Origin: an uncultured Sangeribacter sp.
Lineage (GTDB): Bacteria > Bacteroidota > Bacteroidia > Bacteroidales > Muribaculaceae
Assembly (NCBI GenBank): GCA_964640365.1
Contig: CAZXHO010000001.1
Coordinates: forward strand, 1 to 34,949
DNA: 34,949 nucleotides
Direction of reading: 5' to 3'
The translations under genes were made by a program, and so were the position numbers. Of this stretch, positions 20,006 to 30,657 are shown in pieces. The notes beneath the pieces were generated by a model. It had not been told where the DNA came from and did not search any database. It worked only from the letters and a program-made list of their open reading frames with translations. How positions within the stretch are numbered: position 1 is the first letter of the stretch; each line of letters opens with the position of its first letter.

Positions 20006-20023
20006 GTATGGAATCTCAAACTA

Positions 20024-21331
20024 TTATCTTTGTCCTGTTTTATAGAATTCAAGTATGCGCGAGCGCAGAAGGTATTCATAATGCGCCTGTATACGGTTGA
20101 TCTCTGTTTTATATAAGTTATTCTTTGCCTGTTCATAATCAGCCTGTGTAGCACGTCCGAGATTGAACCGTTCACGGGTTGATTCAAATGAAAGATTAGT
20201 CTTCTGCAGGGTTTCCTCAGAGGTCAGGTAACGCTCACGAGCTCCCTTCGCCTGATAGTATGCCAACTGAATCTCTCTGTATAGATCTGTTTCCCTCTGC
20301 TCTAAGGTAAGTTCGGCATTAACTTTCTGGAGTTTTGCCCTACGGATACTATTACGGGTATTGAAAGCATCAAAAATGGGTATTCTTAACGAAAAACCGA
20401 GATACGTTGAAAAATTATGCTTCATCTGCGAACCGAAACTCTCTCTCGGCATTCCGCTAACGGTATAGAAACTTGAGCCGAGCCCTGCATTGAAACTCAA
20501 TGTTGGAATATATCCCGTTTTTGCCAAGGATATATTCTCATTGGCAACCCTTACAGCCTGACGAGCTCCAAACACACTATTATTGATGCCCATGGCTGAA
20601 GCATATACCTCATCCGGACCGGGAATAACAGGAATACTCTCGGGCAGGGACAGGATATCAAACTCCTCCACAGTAGGCAATTGAAGCATGTTGGCAAGGT
20701 TTACAAGTGCCGTCTGAATCTCATTGTCAGAAGTCACTACCTGAAGCTGATCCTGTGAGGCCACAGCCTCAAGATCATAGAGTGTGGCTTCGGCAACTTT
20801 ACCCGCCTGAATAAGAGCCTTCTGACGTTCTACTTCAAACGCCGACAATTCAGCCTGCGAACGTGCACTCTTCGCTACCTCCTTACAATAGAGCACCTGC
20901 AGATACTGCGACATAATGTTCAATGCAACGTTATCCTTTGTCGATTCATTCTCCAGAACATATTGCTGAAGAGACATCTCCGCGATTTTCACACGCTTAT
21001 AGGCCGCAGTGCCCTGAAAGAGCGGAAGACTCATACCTACGCTCCATGAGGAACTGGTGGTATTACGGTTGGCATAAGTGTTTTCAGCCGTAAGACCCCT
21101 TCCGAAACTGATAGACTCGGATACAGAACCATCAAGTGTGGGAAGATATCTGTCTTGGGCTTCTTTGATGGAGAGTTCACCTTCATTTATTCTCAAAACC
21201 TGTTGTCTGACATTGATGTTATGGGTCAGCGCATATGATATGCAGCTGTCAAGCGACCATACTTCCGCATCGGCAACAAAAGGGACAGCAGTAAGGCAAA
21301 CAGCAATTATCGTTTTATATAATCCTTTCAT
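20024..21331 (-). CDS. TolC family outer-membrane efflux protein
   Basis: WSLDSCISYALTHN, YLPTL, LRIPIFDAF, two helical repeats; last gene of the exporter operon. Confidence 0.93.
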   Translation of the reverse strand: MKGLYKTIIAVCLTAVPFVADAEVWSLDSCISYALTHNINVRQQVLRINEGELSIKEAQDRYLPTLDGSVSESISFGRGLTAENTYANRNTTSSSWSVGMSLPLFQGTAAYKRVKIAEMSLQQYVLENESTKDNVALNIMSQYLQVLYCKEVAKSARSQAELSAFEVERQKALIQAGKVAEATLYDLEAVASQDQLQVVTSDNEIQTALVNLANMLQLPTVEEFDILSLPESIPVIPGPDEVYASAMGINNSVFGARQAVRVANENISLAKTGYIPTLSFNAGLGSSFYTVSGMPRESFGSQMKHNFSTYLGFSLRIPIFDAFNTRNSIRRAKLQKVNAELTLEQRETDLYREIQLAYYQAKGARERYLTSEETLQKTNLSFESTRERFNLGRATQADYEQAKNNLYKTEINRIQAHYEYLLRSRILEFYKTGQR

Positions 21332-21344
21332 TTCTCAAAAAATC

Positions 21345-22445
21345 TTAGTTCTTCTCAATATTTCCGCGGAGTGGAGTAGTTTTCGTAATACTGTCTGACT
21401 TAACTTCCACTACGAGACCATTAGATATGCCTACCTTTATCTCTTTACGTTTAAACTGTTGTTTTGGAACGGAATCGGTCAGAATATAAACGTATGCCTT
21501 ATCAGCCTCATATTCCACTATGCTCTCTGACACGGCAAGAACACTGTCAACTTTTTCAAGTATCACACTTGCATTGGCACTGTAACCGGCACGTAAGTTT
21601 GAACTTTCAGCCTCTGAGAGAGCAGCCTTCACTTCAAAAGTATTCGCACCGTTATCATCAGAAGCCATAGGTGCAATCTTCTCTATTACAGCCGGATAAT
21701 CAGAATTTGCCACTGCACCCACTGATATTCTCACGTTCATACCCTCCTTAAGCAAATCTACTTCAGTTTCATCCACTTTCCCTTTGAAAATTAGGTCGGT
21801 CATATCTGCCACCTTAGCAATTGTAGTTCCATCGTTGAAAGTATTAGCCTGAATTACAGAAGAACCAACCTTTACAGGCACTTCAAGCACCACTCCTGTC
21901 ACCGTTGAACGTACGAGCGTGTTTGAACCCTGGGCATTGGCAGCCGACACTCCGTCGCGAACAATAGTAAGCTGGTCTTTAGCCTGCTCAAGATCCTTGC
22001 GGGCACGTGCAAGTGCAGTCTCATCTGTTTCGAATTTTTCACGGCTCTCATATTTCTTCTCATACAGTTCACGCGTACGATTGAAAGTACGTTCAGCCTC
22101 TCTTAGAGCGATTTCAGCCAACTCAACGCGGCTTTCTGCTGAAGAAAGCTGCGATTCTTCAGGGATAACCTTAATTTTGGCAATGATATCACCATTATTG
22201 ATATGATCACCGGCTTCCACAAGAATCTCGCTGATGATTCCGGAGATCTGAGGCTTAATATCTATCTCGTCTCTGGGTTCTATTTTTCCGGTAAGAACAG
22301 TAGTACGTTCTATGGATTCTACCGTTGGATAATTGAGGGTATAGACCTCCTCTTTTGCTTTAGAATTTTGATAAAGATAGAAGAAGGTGCCGATGAAAAC
22401 AATGCACACAATCACTATCAGAAGGATTTTGAAAAACTTTTTCAT
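21345..22445 (-). CDS. Efflux periplasmic adaptor (MacA/HlyD-like)
   Basis: N-terminal TM; TGKIEP..IKPQISGII.EILVEAGD lipoyl motif; coiled coil; VDETEV; GISNG. Confidence 0.93.
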   Translation of the reverse strand: MKKFFKILLIVIVCIVFIGTFFYLYQNSKAKEEVYTLNYPTVESIERTTVLTGKIEPRDEIDIKPQISGIISEILVEAGDHINNGDIIAKIKVIPEESQLSSAESRVELAEIALREAERTFNRTRELYEKKYESREKFETDETALARARKDLEQAKDQLTIVRDGVSAANAQGSNTLVRSTVTGVVLEVPVKVGSSVIQANTFNDGTTIAKVADMTDLIFKGKVDETEVDLLKEGMNVRISVGAVANSDYPAVIEKIAPMASDDNGANTFEVKAALSEAESSNLRAGYSANASVILEKVDSVLAVSESIVEYEADKAYVYILTDSVPKQQFKRKEIKVGISNGLVVEVKSDSITKTTPLRGNIEKN

Positions 22446-22515
22446 ATTGTCGGGATAATTAATTAGCTGTAATAAAGGATTTTTTATCAGTTATAAGTAA
22501 ATTTTCGGAAGTTCT

Positions 22516-23769
22516 CTATTTATCATTAATAGCTTCCACAGGTTTGATCCGCATAGCTTTTATAGATGGGATTAGACCGGCAAGCGTTCCGAGCAAAACA
22601 AACAGGCCCAATATACTGAGTGCGGCGGTGAAGCTCATTTGGAAATGAGCCTCCATAACTGCGTCTGCCGGATTATTGCTACTGTGAAGCACTCCGAGCA
22701 CTAATGCGGCGAAGCAAATGCCGGCAATTCCCGCAATTAATGTCAGGGCAATTCCTTCGCTCAGCACTTGTACGATTATATCGCGCGGCTTTGCTCCGAT
22801 AGCTCTTCTGATGCCTATCTCTTGCGTACGTTCCTTCACTATGACCCACATTATATTGCCAATTCCGATAACTCCGGCAAGCAATGTGGAAAGGCCAATA
22901 AACCAAGCAAGAAGGTCAACTCCTGTAAAGAGCACGTCAACTTGCTCAAATTCTTCAGCTATATTGATGACCCAAGAAGCAGCCTTATCATCCGGATGTA
23001 TGCCGTGACGACGGTATATTACCGATTGCATTCTCGGAAGTAACTGAGTCATGTTGGCTTTCGGTTTTCCTGTGACAAGGAGAAAATCTATCGTATTCCC
23101 ATATCCCCTCGATCTTCGGAAGGTAGAAGAAGGTATTACTACAGATTCATCCATGCTTCCGTTGATTTTGATTTCTGACACGTCTCCGGCAACTCCAATT
23201 ACAGAATATGCCATTCCTGCAACCTCCACTACTTTCCCAAGAGGATCCTCCCCGTCAGGGAAGAGCTGCGCCGCAACTTTCTTACCTATCACAGCCACTC
23301 GTCGTTCTCCCTGCACATCGGCTTCGTTGACAAACCTTCCTGAATATAGCTTAGGTTGTAAAATTTTAGTATAATCTGCTTCGGCACCCATAATCTGCCC
23401 TGCAAACGAATTCTTTCCATGTTTTATGCTGCCGGAAGAACTGAAAGAAGGCACAACAGCATCGAATTCAGGAAATGATTGCTTTATAAGAGCTACATCA
23501 GTCATATCCATCTGCCAATAGCGTCCTTTCTGATAACCCTTGTAGGGGATTGAAGTCTGATTAGTCACCATGCCACCGGTATTAGTAGCGAACCCAGCAA
23601 AATTACGTTTTAAAAGATCTTCACCTCCGCGAGCCCCTCCCGTAAGCATTGCCAGCATAGCCACACCCCAGAAGATGCCGAAGCCGGTGAGGAAAGTGCG
23701 GGTCTTGTTGCGCATCAGTGTGGCACCGATCTCTTTCCAGTTTTCAATATCGAAAATAGTCAGTTTCAT
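22516..23769 (-). CDS. ABC transporter permease (MacB/FtsX-like)
   Basis: RTFLTGFGIFWG; GIGNIMWVIVKERTQEIGIRRAIGA; IKPVEAI. Confidence 0.93.
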   Translation of the reverse strand: MKLTIFDIENWKEIGATLMRNKTRTFLTGFGIFWGVAMLAMLTGGARGGEDLLKRNFAGFATNTGGMVTNQTSIPYKGYQKGRYWQMDMTDVALIKQSFPEFDAVVPSFSSSGSIKHGKNSFAGQIMGAEADYTKILQPKLYSGRFVNEADVQGERRVAVIGKKVAAQLFPDGEDPLGKVVEVAGMAYSVIGVAGDVSEIKINGSMDESVVIPSSTFRRSRGYGNTIDFLLVTGKPKANMTQLLPRMQSVIYRRHGIHPDDKAASWVINIAEEFEQVDVLFTGVDLLAWFIGLSTLLAGVIGIGNIMWVIVKERTQEIGIRRAIGAKPRDIIVQVLSEGIALTLIAGIAGICFAALVLGVLHSSNNPADAVMEAHFQMSFTAALSILGLFVLLGTLAGLIPSIKAMRIKPVEAINDK

Positions 23770-23782
23770 ATTATTTTCCGGT

Positions 23783-25003
23783 TTATTCGTCTCGCAATGC
23801 TTCGACCGGTTTAACCTTTAATGCTTTAAGGGCAGGGAATAGTCCGGCAACAGCACCGGAAAACACTAATACTGCCATCACTTCGAGTGCTATGGCGATA
23901 CTTACTGTCGGATTCGTCATAACTTCTGCAGGAATTACCAAAGTAAGTAACTGGGTGACAATCATACCCAAGACTATTCCGATATATCCGAAAAGCAATG
24001 TTATTCCAATAGCCTCAGCTATTACCTGAACCAAAATTTTATATGGTTTAGCCCCAATGGCACGTCGGATGCCAATTTCATGGGTGCGCTCCCTCACTGT
24101 CACAAACATTATATTGCTTATGCCTACTATGCCGGTCAGAAGTGTCAGTATGCCCAACACCCATACACTCGTGTCAAGAATCACCATAGCTTTCCCGGCG
24201 GTTAGAGAATTGTTGAAACGGTTGGATATGTAAACGGCATTCTCATCCTCCGGATCAAAATTATGAACGTTAGACAAAGTGTTACGGATAGCTGTCTCAG
24301 CCTCAGTACCGTCTTGTTCGGTTTTTACATTTTTAAGCGATACGGTCAGTGATCCGAGATCTTCACGGTCTTTGGCAAGCATTCTTGCGGTCGTAAAAGG
24401 AATATACATCTGTCGGTTCCACCGGCTTTCGTATACTCCGACAACTTTAAACGATAACCCCATGCATTCAACATAGCTACCGAGTGCCCCGTTCCCGTCA
24501 GGGGGAAACAGCTGTTCGGCATAATATTGAGGAATCACAATCACCTTTGCCTTATCATTTAGATCTCTGTTGTTCAAAAGGCGTCCTCCTTTCATACTAT
24601 CTATGTAACTTGAGTTGAATGCTTCAGGAAAAACTCCCACGTAAGAACTGTTCACTTTTGCTTTAGGAGTAGATATATTGCCGCTCCCGGAAATTTGGGA
24701 AATAACCTTTTCGACATATTCAGAATTATTCTGAGGTAAAATCATCATGTCTCGATCCTTAAGGTATACCCGTCTGCCTTCTCGGTTTCCTCGGTAGGGT
24801 TTGGAAGTGCGTCCGCTCCATACCCTTATTTCTGCATTATTACGCGACATCATTCCCTCTTGGAAACTATTAGTGAGACCACGTGCAAGACTCAGCAATA
24901 CAATTAGCATAAACACACCCCATGTCACTGCTATGCCCGTCAATGCCGTACGCAGTTTATTAGTGCAGATAGTCTGCCATATTTCTCTTAAAAGATCAAT
25001 CAT
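23783..25003 (-). CDS. ABC transporter permease (MacB/FtsX-like)
   Basis: NKLRTALTG; GISNIMFVTVRERTHEIGIRRAIGA; VKPVEALRDE. Confidence 0.93.
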   Translation of the reverse strand: MIDLLREIWQTICTNKLRTALTGIAVTWGVFMLIVLLSLARGLTNSFQEGMMSRNNAEIRVWSGRTSKPYRGNREGRRVYLKDRDMMILPQNNSEYVEKVISQISGSGNISTPKAKVNSSYVGVFPEAFNSSYIDSMKGGRLLNNRDLNDKAKVIVIPQYYAEQLFPPDGNGALGSYVECMGLSFKVVGVYESRWNRQMYIPFTTARMLAKDREDLGSLTVSLKNVKTEQDGTEAETAIRNTLSNVHNFDPEDENAVYISNRFNNSLTAGKAMVILDTSVWVLGILTLLTGIVGISNIMFVTVRERTHEIGIRRAIGAKPYKILVQVIAEAIGITLLFGYIGIVLGMIVTQLLTLVIPAEVMTNPTVSIAIALEVMAVLVFSGAVAGLFPALKALKVKPVEALRDE

Positions 25004-25784
25004 GTAAGTCGTTGGTTAGAGATTCGCTATCGGAAATCGTAAACACGTCTTCTACGGATTTTTCCACCGGGTTATGGGCCACGGGGTGTCCGTTATGGTC
25101 AACTAAACCATTTGGCACGATAACACCGTCAGAAATGCGTATAAGACGGTTGGTTTGCTGGGCTACCCCGGGATCATGAGTTACGATTATTATGGTTTTA
25201 CCCTCTTTCTCGTTAAGCTCCCTGAAAATATCCATCACATCGTGAGATGTCTTACTATCGAGAGCACCGGTAGGTTCGTCGGCAAGTATAATCGAAGGAT
25301 CAGTGATCATAGCCCTGGCAATGGCAACCCTCTGTTTCTGACCTCCGGAAAGTTCTCCCGGCAGATGATGGGCCCTGTCGGCAAGTCCCATCTTCTCGAG
25401 TTGTTCCATAGCAAGGCGGTTACGCTTCTTCCTTCCTACTCCCTGATAAAAAAGTGGCAGCGCTACATTTTCTACCGCATTCTTATAATTAATCAGATTG
25501 AAAGACTGAAATACAAAACCGATCATCCGGTTTCGGTATTCGGCAGCCTTATTCTCACTGAGATTCTTTATCAAAGTATCGCCTATATAGTATTCTCCCG
25601 AATCATAGTTATCGAGAATACCAAGAATATTCAGTAGCGTAGATTTTCCGGAACCGGAAGCACCCATTATAGAAACCAGCTCACCCTTATATATGTCGAG
25701 GTTGATGCCTTTGAGCACATGGAGCGGCACAGCACCGAAATATGTTTTGTTGACGTCTCGCAGACGAATCATTTCTTCGTTCAT
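24996..25784 (-). CDS. ABC transporter ATP-binding protein (MacB/LolD-like)
   Basis: Walker A GASGSGKS, signature LSGGQKQRVAIARA, Walker B ILADEPTGALD, VTHD. Confidence 0.96.
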   Translation of the reverse strand: MNEEMIRLRDVNKTYFGAVPLHVLKGINLDIYKGELVSIMGASGSGKSTLLNILGILDNYDSGEYYIGDTLIKNLSENKAAEYRNRMIGFVFQSFNLINYKNAVENVALPLFYQGVGRKKRNRLAMEQLEKMGLADRAHHLPGELSGGQKQRVAIARAMITDPSIILADEPTGALDSKTSHDVMDIFRELNEKEGKTIIIVTHDPGVAQQTNRLIRISDGVIVPNGLVDHNGHPVAHNPVEKSVEDVFTISDSESLTNDLHD

Positions 25785-26002
25785 AACTCAGGTATTCTTA
25801 TTTTGATGTAATAAAACTACAGTAGCTCGCCTAAAGGTTATCCTTTCTTACGCTTCTGTTATTTGATATTACAATTTTTCATATTTTTATTGTTATCGAC
25901 TCGTACTAATATTCTCATTTTCAAATTGGGTCCATTGCTCTGTCTTGCCTCATCCTTGTAATAGAAATTCATCCATTTTAAAGAAATAAGCTTAGATCTA
26001 TG

Positions 26003-26024
26003 GTGTACTACAATATTAGTACAC
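26003..26024. promoter_or_regulatory. Palindromic operator, YtrA/GntR-like
   Basis: GTGTACTA-caatat-TAGTACAC, perfect 8-bp arms, directly downstream of the -7 element. Confidence 0.7.
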
Positions 26025-26026
26025 TG

Positions 26027-26058
26027 CAAAAGTAATACTTTATTTTAATTCCTACAAA
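26027..26058 (-). promoter_or_regulatory. Consensus Bacteroidetes housekeeping promoter of the exporter operon
   Basis: TTTG (26058-26055), 20-bp spacer, TACTTTTG (26034-26027). Confidence 0.75.
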
Positions 26059-26587
26059 TAAAAAATAAATATTTTTTTATATGGAAGAACTTTATTGTAA
26101 AATTTAGACATATCTAATTAGCATACAAATGATTATTAAAATCAAATTTCTTTTACATCCTTTGATATTTATAATTAGCGCCGGTGTATGACATGACAAT
26201 GATTCTAAGAGCGGTAATATCCTTTTTTGATTGATAGCATATCAGCTCTTGGTCAACCATAGACGTATCCATGAGATATAGCAAAATTCATCATTGCCTC
26301 ATTTAACCATTTCATATGCCTTTATTAGGTTGTCACTATTAAGACGTAACTATATTCGGATAGTTTCATTTTTTCTTAAAAAAATGACTTTCCCGTGTAA
26401 ATAATTTTATTAATCGGAGAGCAGTTAAACGAAAAGTAAGAATACAGAGTGAATTATTCTATGTAAAATTTGTTTCAATACAATATTTTAAATACCGCCT
26501 GAACCTTTTATTAGATGTAATTGAATGGGAACAAAAAATGGGGATCTTACTTTATATACCACTTTAGCAGCTAAAAAATGCTAAAAA

Positions 26588-26651
26588 TGAAAAATGGGTA
26601 AGAATAAAGGGAAAAATGGTTAGATAATTTAACAAATTGAATGTATATTTG
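26588..26651 (+). promoter_or_regulatory. Promoter of DUF362 gene with upstream tandem repeat
   Basis: GAAAAATGG(G/T)TA at 26589 and 26611 (22-bp period); TATATTTG at 26644-26651. Confidence 0.5.
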
Positions 26652-26805
26652 CATTATTAAGTAACTTTTTCAAATGACCCATCATTAGGGTTATTATTTG
26701 CTCAACTTTGGAATTGCTTATATTTCTATAATTTCTGTCTATTCGTGATTCTGAAAGTTGTTTAATCTCTAACTATCTCTGACATTCATTACACACTTTA
26801 TTCAA

Positions 26806-27804
26806 ATGAAGAAATATATATTTTTCGCATCATCACTGCTCATATCTTTAGGAGCATATGCCCATAATTATTCTAAGGTTCCGAGCTCGGAGCAGCCAGC
26901 GCAACCCGGCAATGAGACCCCGGCTAAGGTTTATTTCACTAAAGACATCACTCCCGAATCTCTTGTGGAAATCTATAAGGCTCTCGGCGCAGAGCCCACA
27001 GGGAAAGTGGCAGTAAAGATAAGCACGGGAGAATCTTCTCAAAGCAATCATCTTTCTCCCGAGCTAATCAAAGATCTCGTTAAGGAAGTGAACGGAACTC
27101 TGGTAGAATGTAATACTGCATACGGTGGCAACCGATCCAAAACAGAAAACCATCTTAAAGCCATCAAAGAACGTGGTTACGACAAGATTGCAGAGGTAGA
27201 TATCATGGACAGTGAAGGTTATATTGACATTCCTGTACAAGACTCAACATGGATTAAGTTTGATCGCGTAGGGAAAAATCTACAGAATTATGACTATCTT
27301 GTGAACCTTGCTCACTTCAAAGGTCATGCCATGGGTGGCTTCGGGGGCGTCCTCAAGAATCAGAGCATAGGCATTGCTTCAAGCGATGGCAAAGCTTATA
27401 TTCACACTGCCGGTGCACACGACGACATGGCGAATGCTTTCAAAAATCCCCACGGTCAAGATGCTTTTATAGAGTCTATGGCAGCCGCCGCACAGGCCGT
27501 GCATGATTATTTCAACGGAAAAGTTATCTACATAAACGTTATGAATAATCTCTCAGTGGATTGTGACTGCGATGGTCATCCTCATGCTCCCGAAATGAAA
27601 GATATCGGCATCCTTGCTTCTCTCGACCCGGTTGCTCTTGATAAAGCATGTGTGGATCTTGTGTTCAACTATCCTTCAGCAGACGGAGACAATGCCCAAG
27701 CCCTACAGGAAAGAATTAATACCCGCCACGGCACTCATATAATTGACCATGCCGAAGCAATCGGACTCGGGACAACCAACTATGAACTCATTACCATCGA
27801 ATAA
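26806..27804 (+). CDS. DUF362 domain protein with Sec-type signal peptide
   Basis: VAVKISTGE, ECNTAY, AHFKGHAMGGFGGVLKNQSIG, CDC, DIGILASLDPVALDKAC, HAEAIGLG. Confidence 0.85.
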   Translation: MKKYIFFASSLLISLGAYAHNYSKVPSSEQPAQPGNETPAKVYFTKDITPESLVEIYKALGAEPTGKVAVKISTGESSQSNHLSPELIKDLVKEVNGTLVECNTAYGGNRSKTENHLKAIKERGYDKIAEVDIMDSEGYIDIPVQDSTWIKFDRVGKNLQNYDYLVNLAHFKGHAMGGFGGVLKNQSIGIASSDGKAYIHTAGAHDDMANAFKNPHGQDAFIESMAAAAQAVHDYFNGKVIYINVMNNLSVDCDCDGHPHAPEMKDIGILASLDPVALDKACVDLVFNYPSADGDNAQALQERINTRHGTHIIDHAEAIGLGTTNYELITIE

Positions 27805-27864
27805 AACCCAATTCAAGTAATCCTTAAGGCTTAATAAAACCACGGGATTACTCAAGAAGAGAGG

Positions 27865-27927
27865 GGAGAGGCAAGTGGAGCTTGTGATTCCTTATAGAGC
27901 ATCAGCCTCTCCTTTTCTTTTTATTTT
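27865..27927 (+). terminator. Probable intrinsic terminator after DUF362 gene
   Basis: GGAGAGGC / GCCTCTCC arms followed by TTTTCTTTTTATTTT. Confidence 0.55.
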
Positions 27928-27955
27928 AGAATAACTCCAATTTAATATTATAGCT

Positions 27956-29566
27956 ATGAGGAAGCGACTTATCTTCTATGTCTTAGTTTCCGTAATGTGG
28001 AGTGTTTCCGCGATTCCGGTAAGTGCCCAAAATCCTTATTTGCCGCTTTGGGAATACATCCCTGACGGAGAACCCTACGTGTTTGAAGATCCAGATAAAC
28101 CCGGCGAATATCGTGTCTATATCTACGGTTCTCACGACTCACTTATCAAAGAATATTGTGGTAAGGAACAAGTGGTCTGGTCAGCTCCCGTCAACGATCT
28201 GAACGCATGGCGCTATGACGGCATAATATTTATTTCAGATAAGGACCGAGACGGAAAACCTTTGCATGAAGACGGGAAAGGAGATGTGCTTTATGCTCCT
28301 GACGTAGCGGTTGTGACAGAAGCTGACGGCTCGAAAACCTATTATCTGTATCCAAACAACCAGGCTGGAGGAAGACAAGGAATGGTGGCAAAAAGCAAGC
28401 GCCCTGACGGACCATTTGAAGTCTGCAATTGGAGTGCCGATGATCCTGCTGTCACAGACGGTGTGCTTCGCTTTGACCCTGCCGTCTTCGTAGATGATGA
28501 TGGAAGAGTATACGGGTACTGGGGATTTACCGAATCGTTTGCTGCAGAACTTGACCCTAACACCATGGCAACCGTTAAGCCCGACACCGAAATCGTAGAA
28601 TTTATGATTCCGGGCATGAATCAGGATAAACTGTATAAGTTTTTCGAAGCCTCTTCAATTAGAAAGATTAAAGATAAATACGTCTTCGTCTATAGTCGCT
28701 TCACTCATCAGGGAGATTTTGGTCTTCCGGCATCCAATTACACTCTTGCCTATGCTTACTCCGACAATCCGCTCGGTCCCTACACCTACGGAGGTACCAT
28801 AATTGACGGCAGAGCAAGAGGTAAAAACGAGAACGGAGAAGTGATCCCCACGGCATATCCGGCAGGCAATACCCACGGAAGTATCTGCGAAATTGACGGA
28901 AAGTGGTGGGTATTCTACCACCGCCAGACCGGAACCAACGAATTTTCCCGCCAGGCAATGGTGGCACCCATTGAGGTAACTGTAGAAGAGGGCCCCGGTG
29001 GAAAGGTTACTATCTCAGAAGGAGAGGTTACCTCTGAAGGTTTCACCACAACAGGATTAAATCCTCTTTATAAAACTCCTGCCGGGCTTGCCTGTTATTT
29101 GGTTGGTCCTGAAAAGTCGTATAATGATTTTCCCAATTTCTATTTTTCCGGGCCTTACATTCGTGCTACATATTTTGATCCTGCCTCTTACGAGGGACCT
29201 TTCAATCAGAAAATGCCCTTTGATCCTGTTGTCAACAATACTTCCGGTTCAACCGTAGGCTATAAATATTTCGATTTCTCTAAGATTGATCCTTCTAAAC
29301 CAACAGAATTCCTTTGTCACCTTGTTCCCGGAGGAATAGAAGGAACTGTCACTATCCTTGCCGGTAACCCTTATAAGAGCAAAGGGGGGAAGGAGATTGG
29401 GAAGTTCGAAATAAAGGGAGACATGCCGGCCACTCTCACCGAGATCCGCACTTCTCTAACCGGGATGTCAGCCCTATCCGGGAAGCAGCCTGTTTATCTT
29501 CTCTTTGAGTCTCCGGAAAAGGGAAAATCAATCTGCGATCTTTACGATCTGCAATTCCTACAGTAA
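27956..29566 (+). CDS. Glycoside hydrolase family 43 with C-terminal CBM6-like domain, secreted
   Basis: NPYLP..IPDGEP, YGSHD, YAPD, FDPAVFVDDDG, FFEASS, NTHGS, FYHR; VGYKYFDF. Confidence 0.88.
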   Translation: MRKRLIFYVLVSVMWSVSAIPVSAQNPYLPLWEYIPDGEPYVFEDPDKPGEYRVYIYGSHDSLIKEYCGKEQVVWSAPVNDLNAWRYDGIIFISDKDRDGKPLHEDGKGDVLYAPDVAVVTEADGSKTYYLYPNNQAGGRQGMVAKSKRPDGPFEVCNWSADDPAVTDGVLRFDPAVFVDDDGRVYGYWGFTESFAAELDPNTMATVKPDTEIVEFMIPGMNQDKLYKFFEASSIRKIKDKYVFVYSRFTHQGDFGLPASNYTLAYAYSDNPLGPYTYGGTIIDGRARGKNENGEVIPTAYPAGNTHGSICEIDGKWWVFYHRQTGTNEFSRQAMVAPIEVTVEEGPGGKVTISEGEVTSEGFTTTGLNPLYKTPAGLACYLVGPEKSYNDFPNFYFSGPYIRATYFDPASYEGPFNQKMPFDPVVNNTSGSTVGYKYFDFSKIDPSKPTEFLCHLVPGGIEGTVTILAGNPYKSKGGKEIGKFEIKGDMPATLTEIRTSLTGMSALSGKQPVYLLFESPEKGKSICDLYDLQFLQ

Positions 29567-29649
29567 AACCTAAAATTTAACAATCTAAAATAAACAATAT
29601 ATAAAATAATCTTAGACTCAGCCTTATAAACTATCCGCATATAGGATTT

Positions 29650-30465
29650 TCAGGCTTCTTCTTTATTCTTTTTCTTAGATGAAGATGTGGTTTTTACCAG
29701 AAGAATGCTTGCCTCGTAAAGCATCCACATCGGAAGCGAAACCACGAGCAGAGTAAACACGTCGGAAGTAGGTGTAATGATAGCGGCAACGATCAAAATT
29801 ATTACGATGGCATGTTTCCTGTATTTGCTCATGAAAGGTGCGGTCAAGAAGCCCAATTTTCCAAAGAGCCACGCTAATACCGGCATCTCGAATACAAGTC
29901 CGAGCGAAAGGCACATCAATATCAGTGTAGACATGTAAGAATCCAAACTGATTAGATTCTCCACATCGCTCGCAACCTGATAAGTGCCAAGAAACCGGAA
30001 GGTAAGAGGAAAGACAAGGAAATAACTCACCAAAACCCCGATTATAAACATCACATAGCCGCTTCCGACAACACCGACGGCATATTTCTTCTCATCTGCA
30101 TAAAGGGCAGGGGAGACAAATCGGAATAACTGATAAAGAATGTAGGGAGATGCACAGAGCACACCCGCACACAGCGCTGTTTTCATATGAATGATAAACT
30201 GCTGGGCAAGCCCTGTATTTATCAGCTGAACGGAAAAACCTGTGGCATCTTCATTAGAAAATATACCGCCAAGATAAGAAAGCCAACGGTAGGTGATGAA
30301 ATCTGAACTTTCGGGAGCAAGGACAATGTTAAACAGTTGCTCCTTGAATATGAATGCCACAACACCGAACAGCACAACAACAGCAACCACCTTGACGAGC
30401 ACCGAACGGAGCGCGTCAAGATGGTCCCAAAATGTCATTTGTGCCGAGTCGGAAACCTGACTCAT
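29650..30465 (-). CDS. tatC: Twin-arginine translocase subunit TatC
   Basis: [46 protein letters not shown]. Confidence 0.96.
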   Translation of the reverse strand: MSQVSDSAQMTFWDHLDALRSVLVKVVAVVVLFGVVAFIFKEQLFNIVLAPESSDFITYRWLSYLGGIFSNEDATGFSVQLINTGLAQQFIIHMKTALCAGVLCASPYILYQLFRFVSPALYADEKKYAVGVVGSGYVMFIIGVLVSYFLVFPLTFRFLGTYQVASDVENLISLDSYMSTLILMCLSLGLVFEMPVLAWLFGKLGFLTAPFMSKYRKHAIVIILIVAAIITPTSDVFTLLVVSLPMWMLYEASILLVKTTSSSKKKNKEEA

Positions 30466-30656
30466 TCTTTATCTTTTACAGTTTCCTTTATATCTTTCTC
30501 AACCTCATTAATTCCCTCTTTAAACGACCTTACACCTTTGCCAAGTCCTTTCATGAGTTCGGGAATTTTCTTACCACCGAAAAACAGAAGTACAACGAGT
30601 GCGATAAGCAGAATCTCAGACATGCCAAGTCCGCCGATAAATAACAGCATATTCAT
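30462..30656 (-). CDS. tatA: Twin-arginine translocase subunit TatA/E
   Basis: [38 protein letters not shown]; ATGA overlap with tatC. Confidence 0.96.
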   Translation of the reverse strand: MNMLLFIGGLGMSEILLIALVVLLFFGGKKIPELMKGLGKGVRSFKEGINEVEKDIKETVKDKE

Positions 30657-30657
30657 T

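Noticed and set aside
26060-26580. AT-rich intergenic stretch as a possible sRNA or gene remnant
   Set aside because: Only short ORFs and no convincing structure or recognisable motif.
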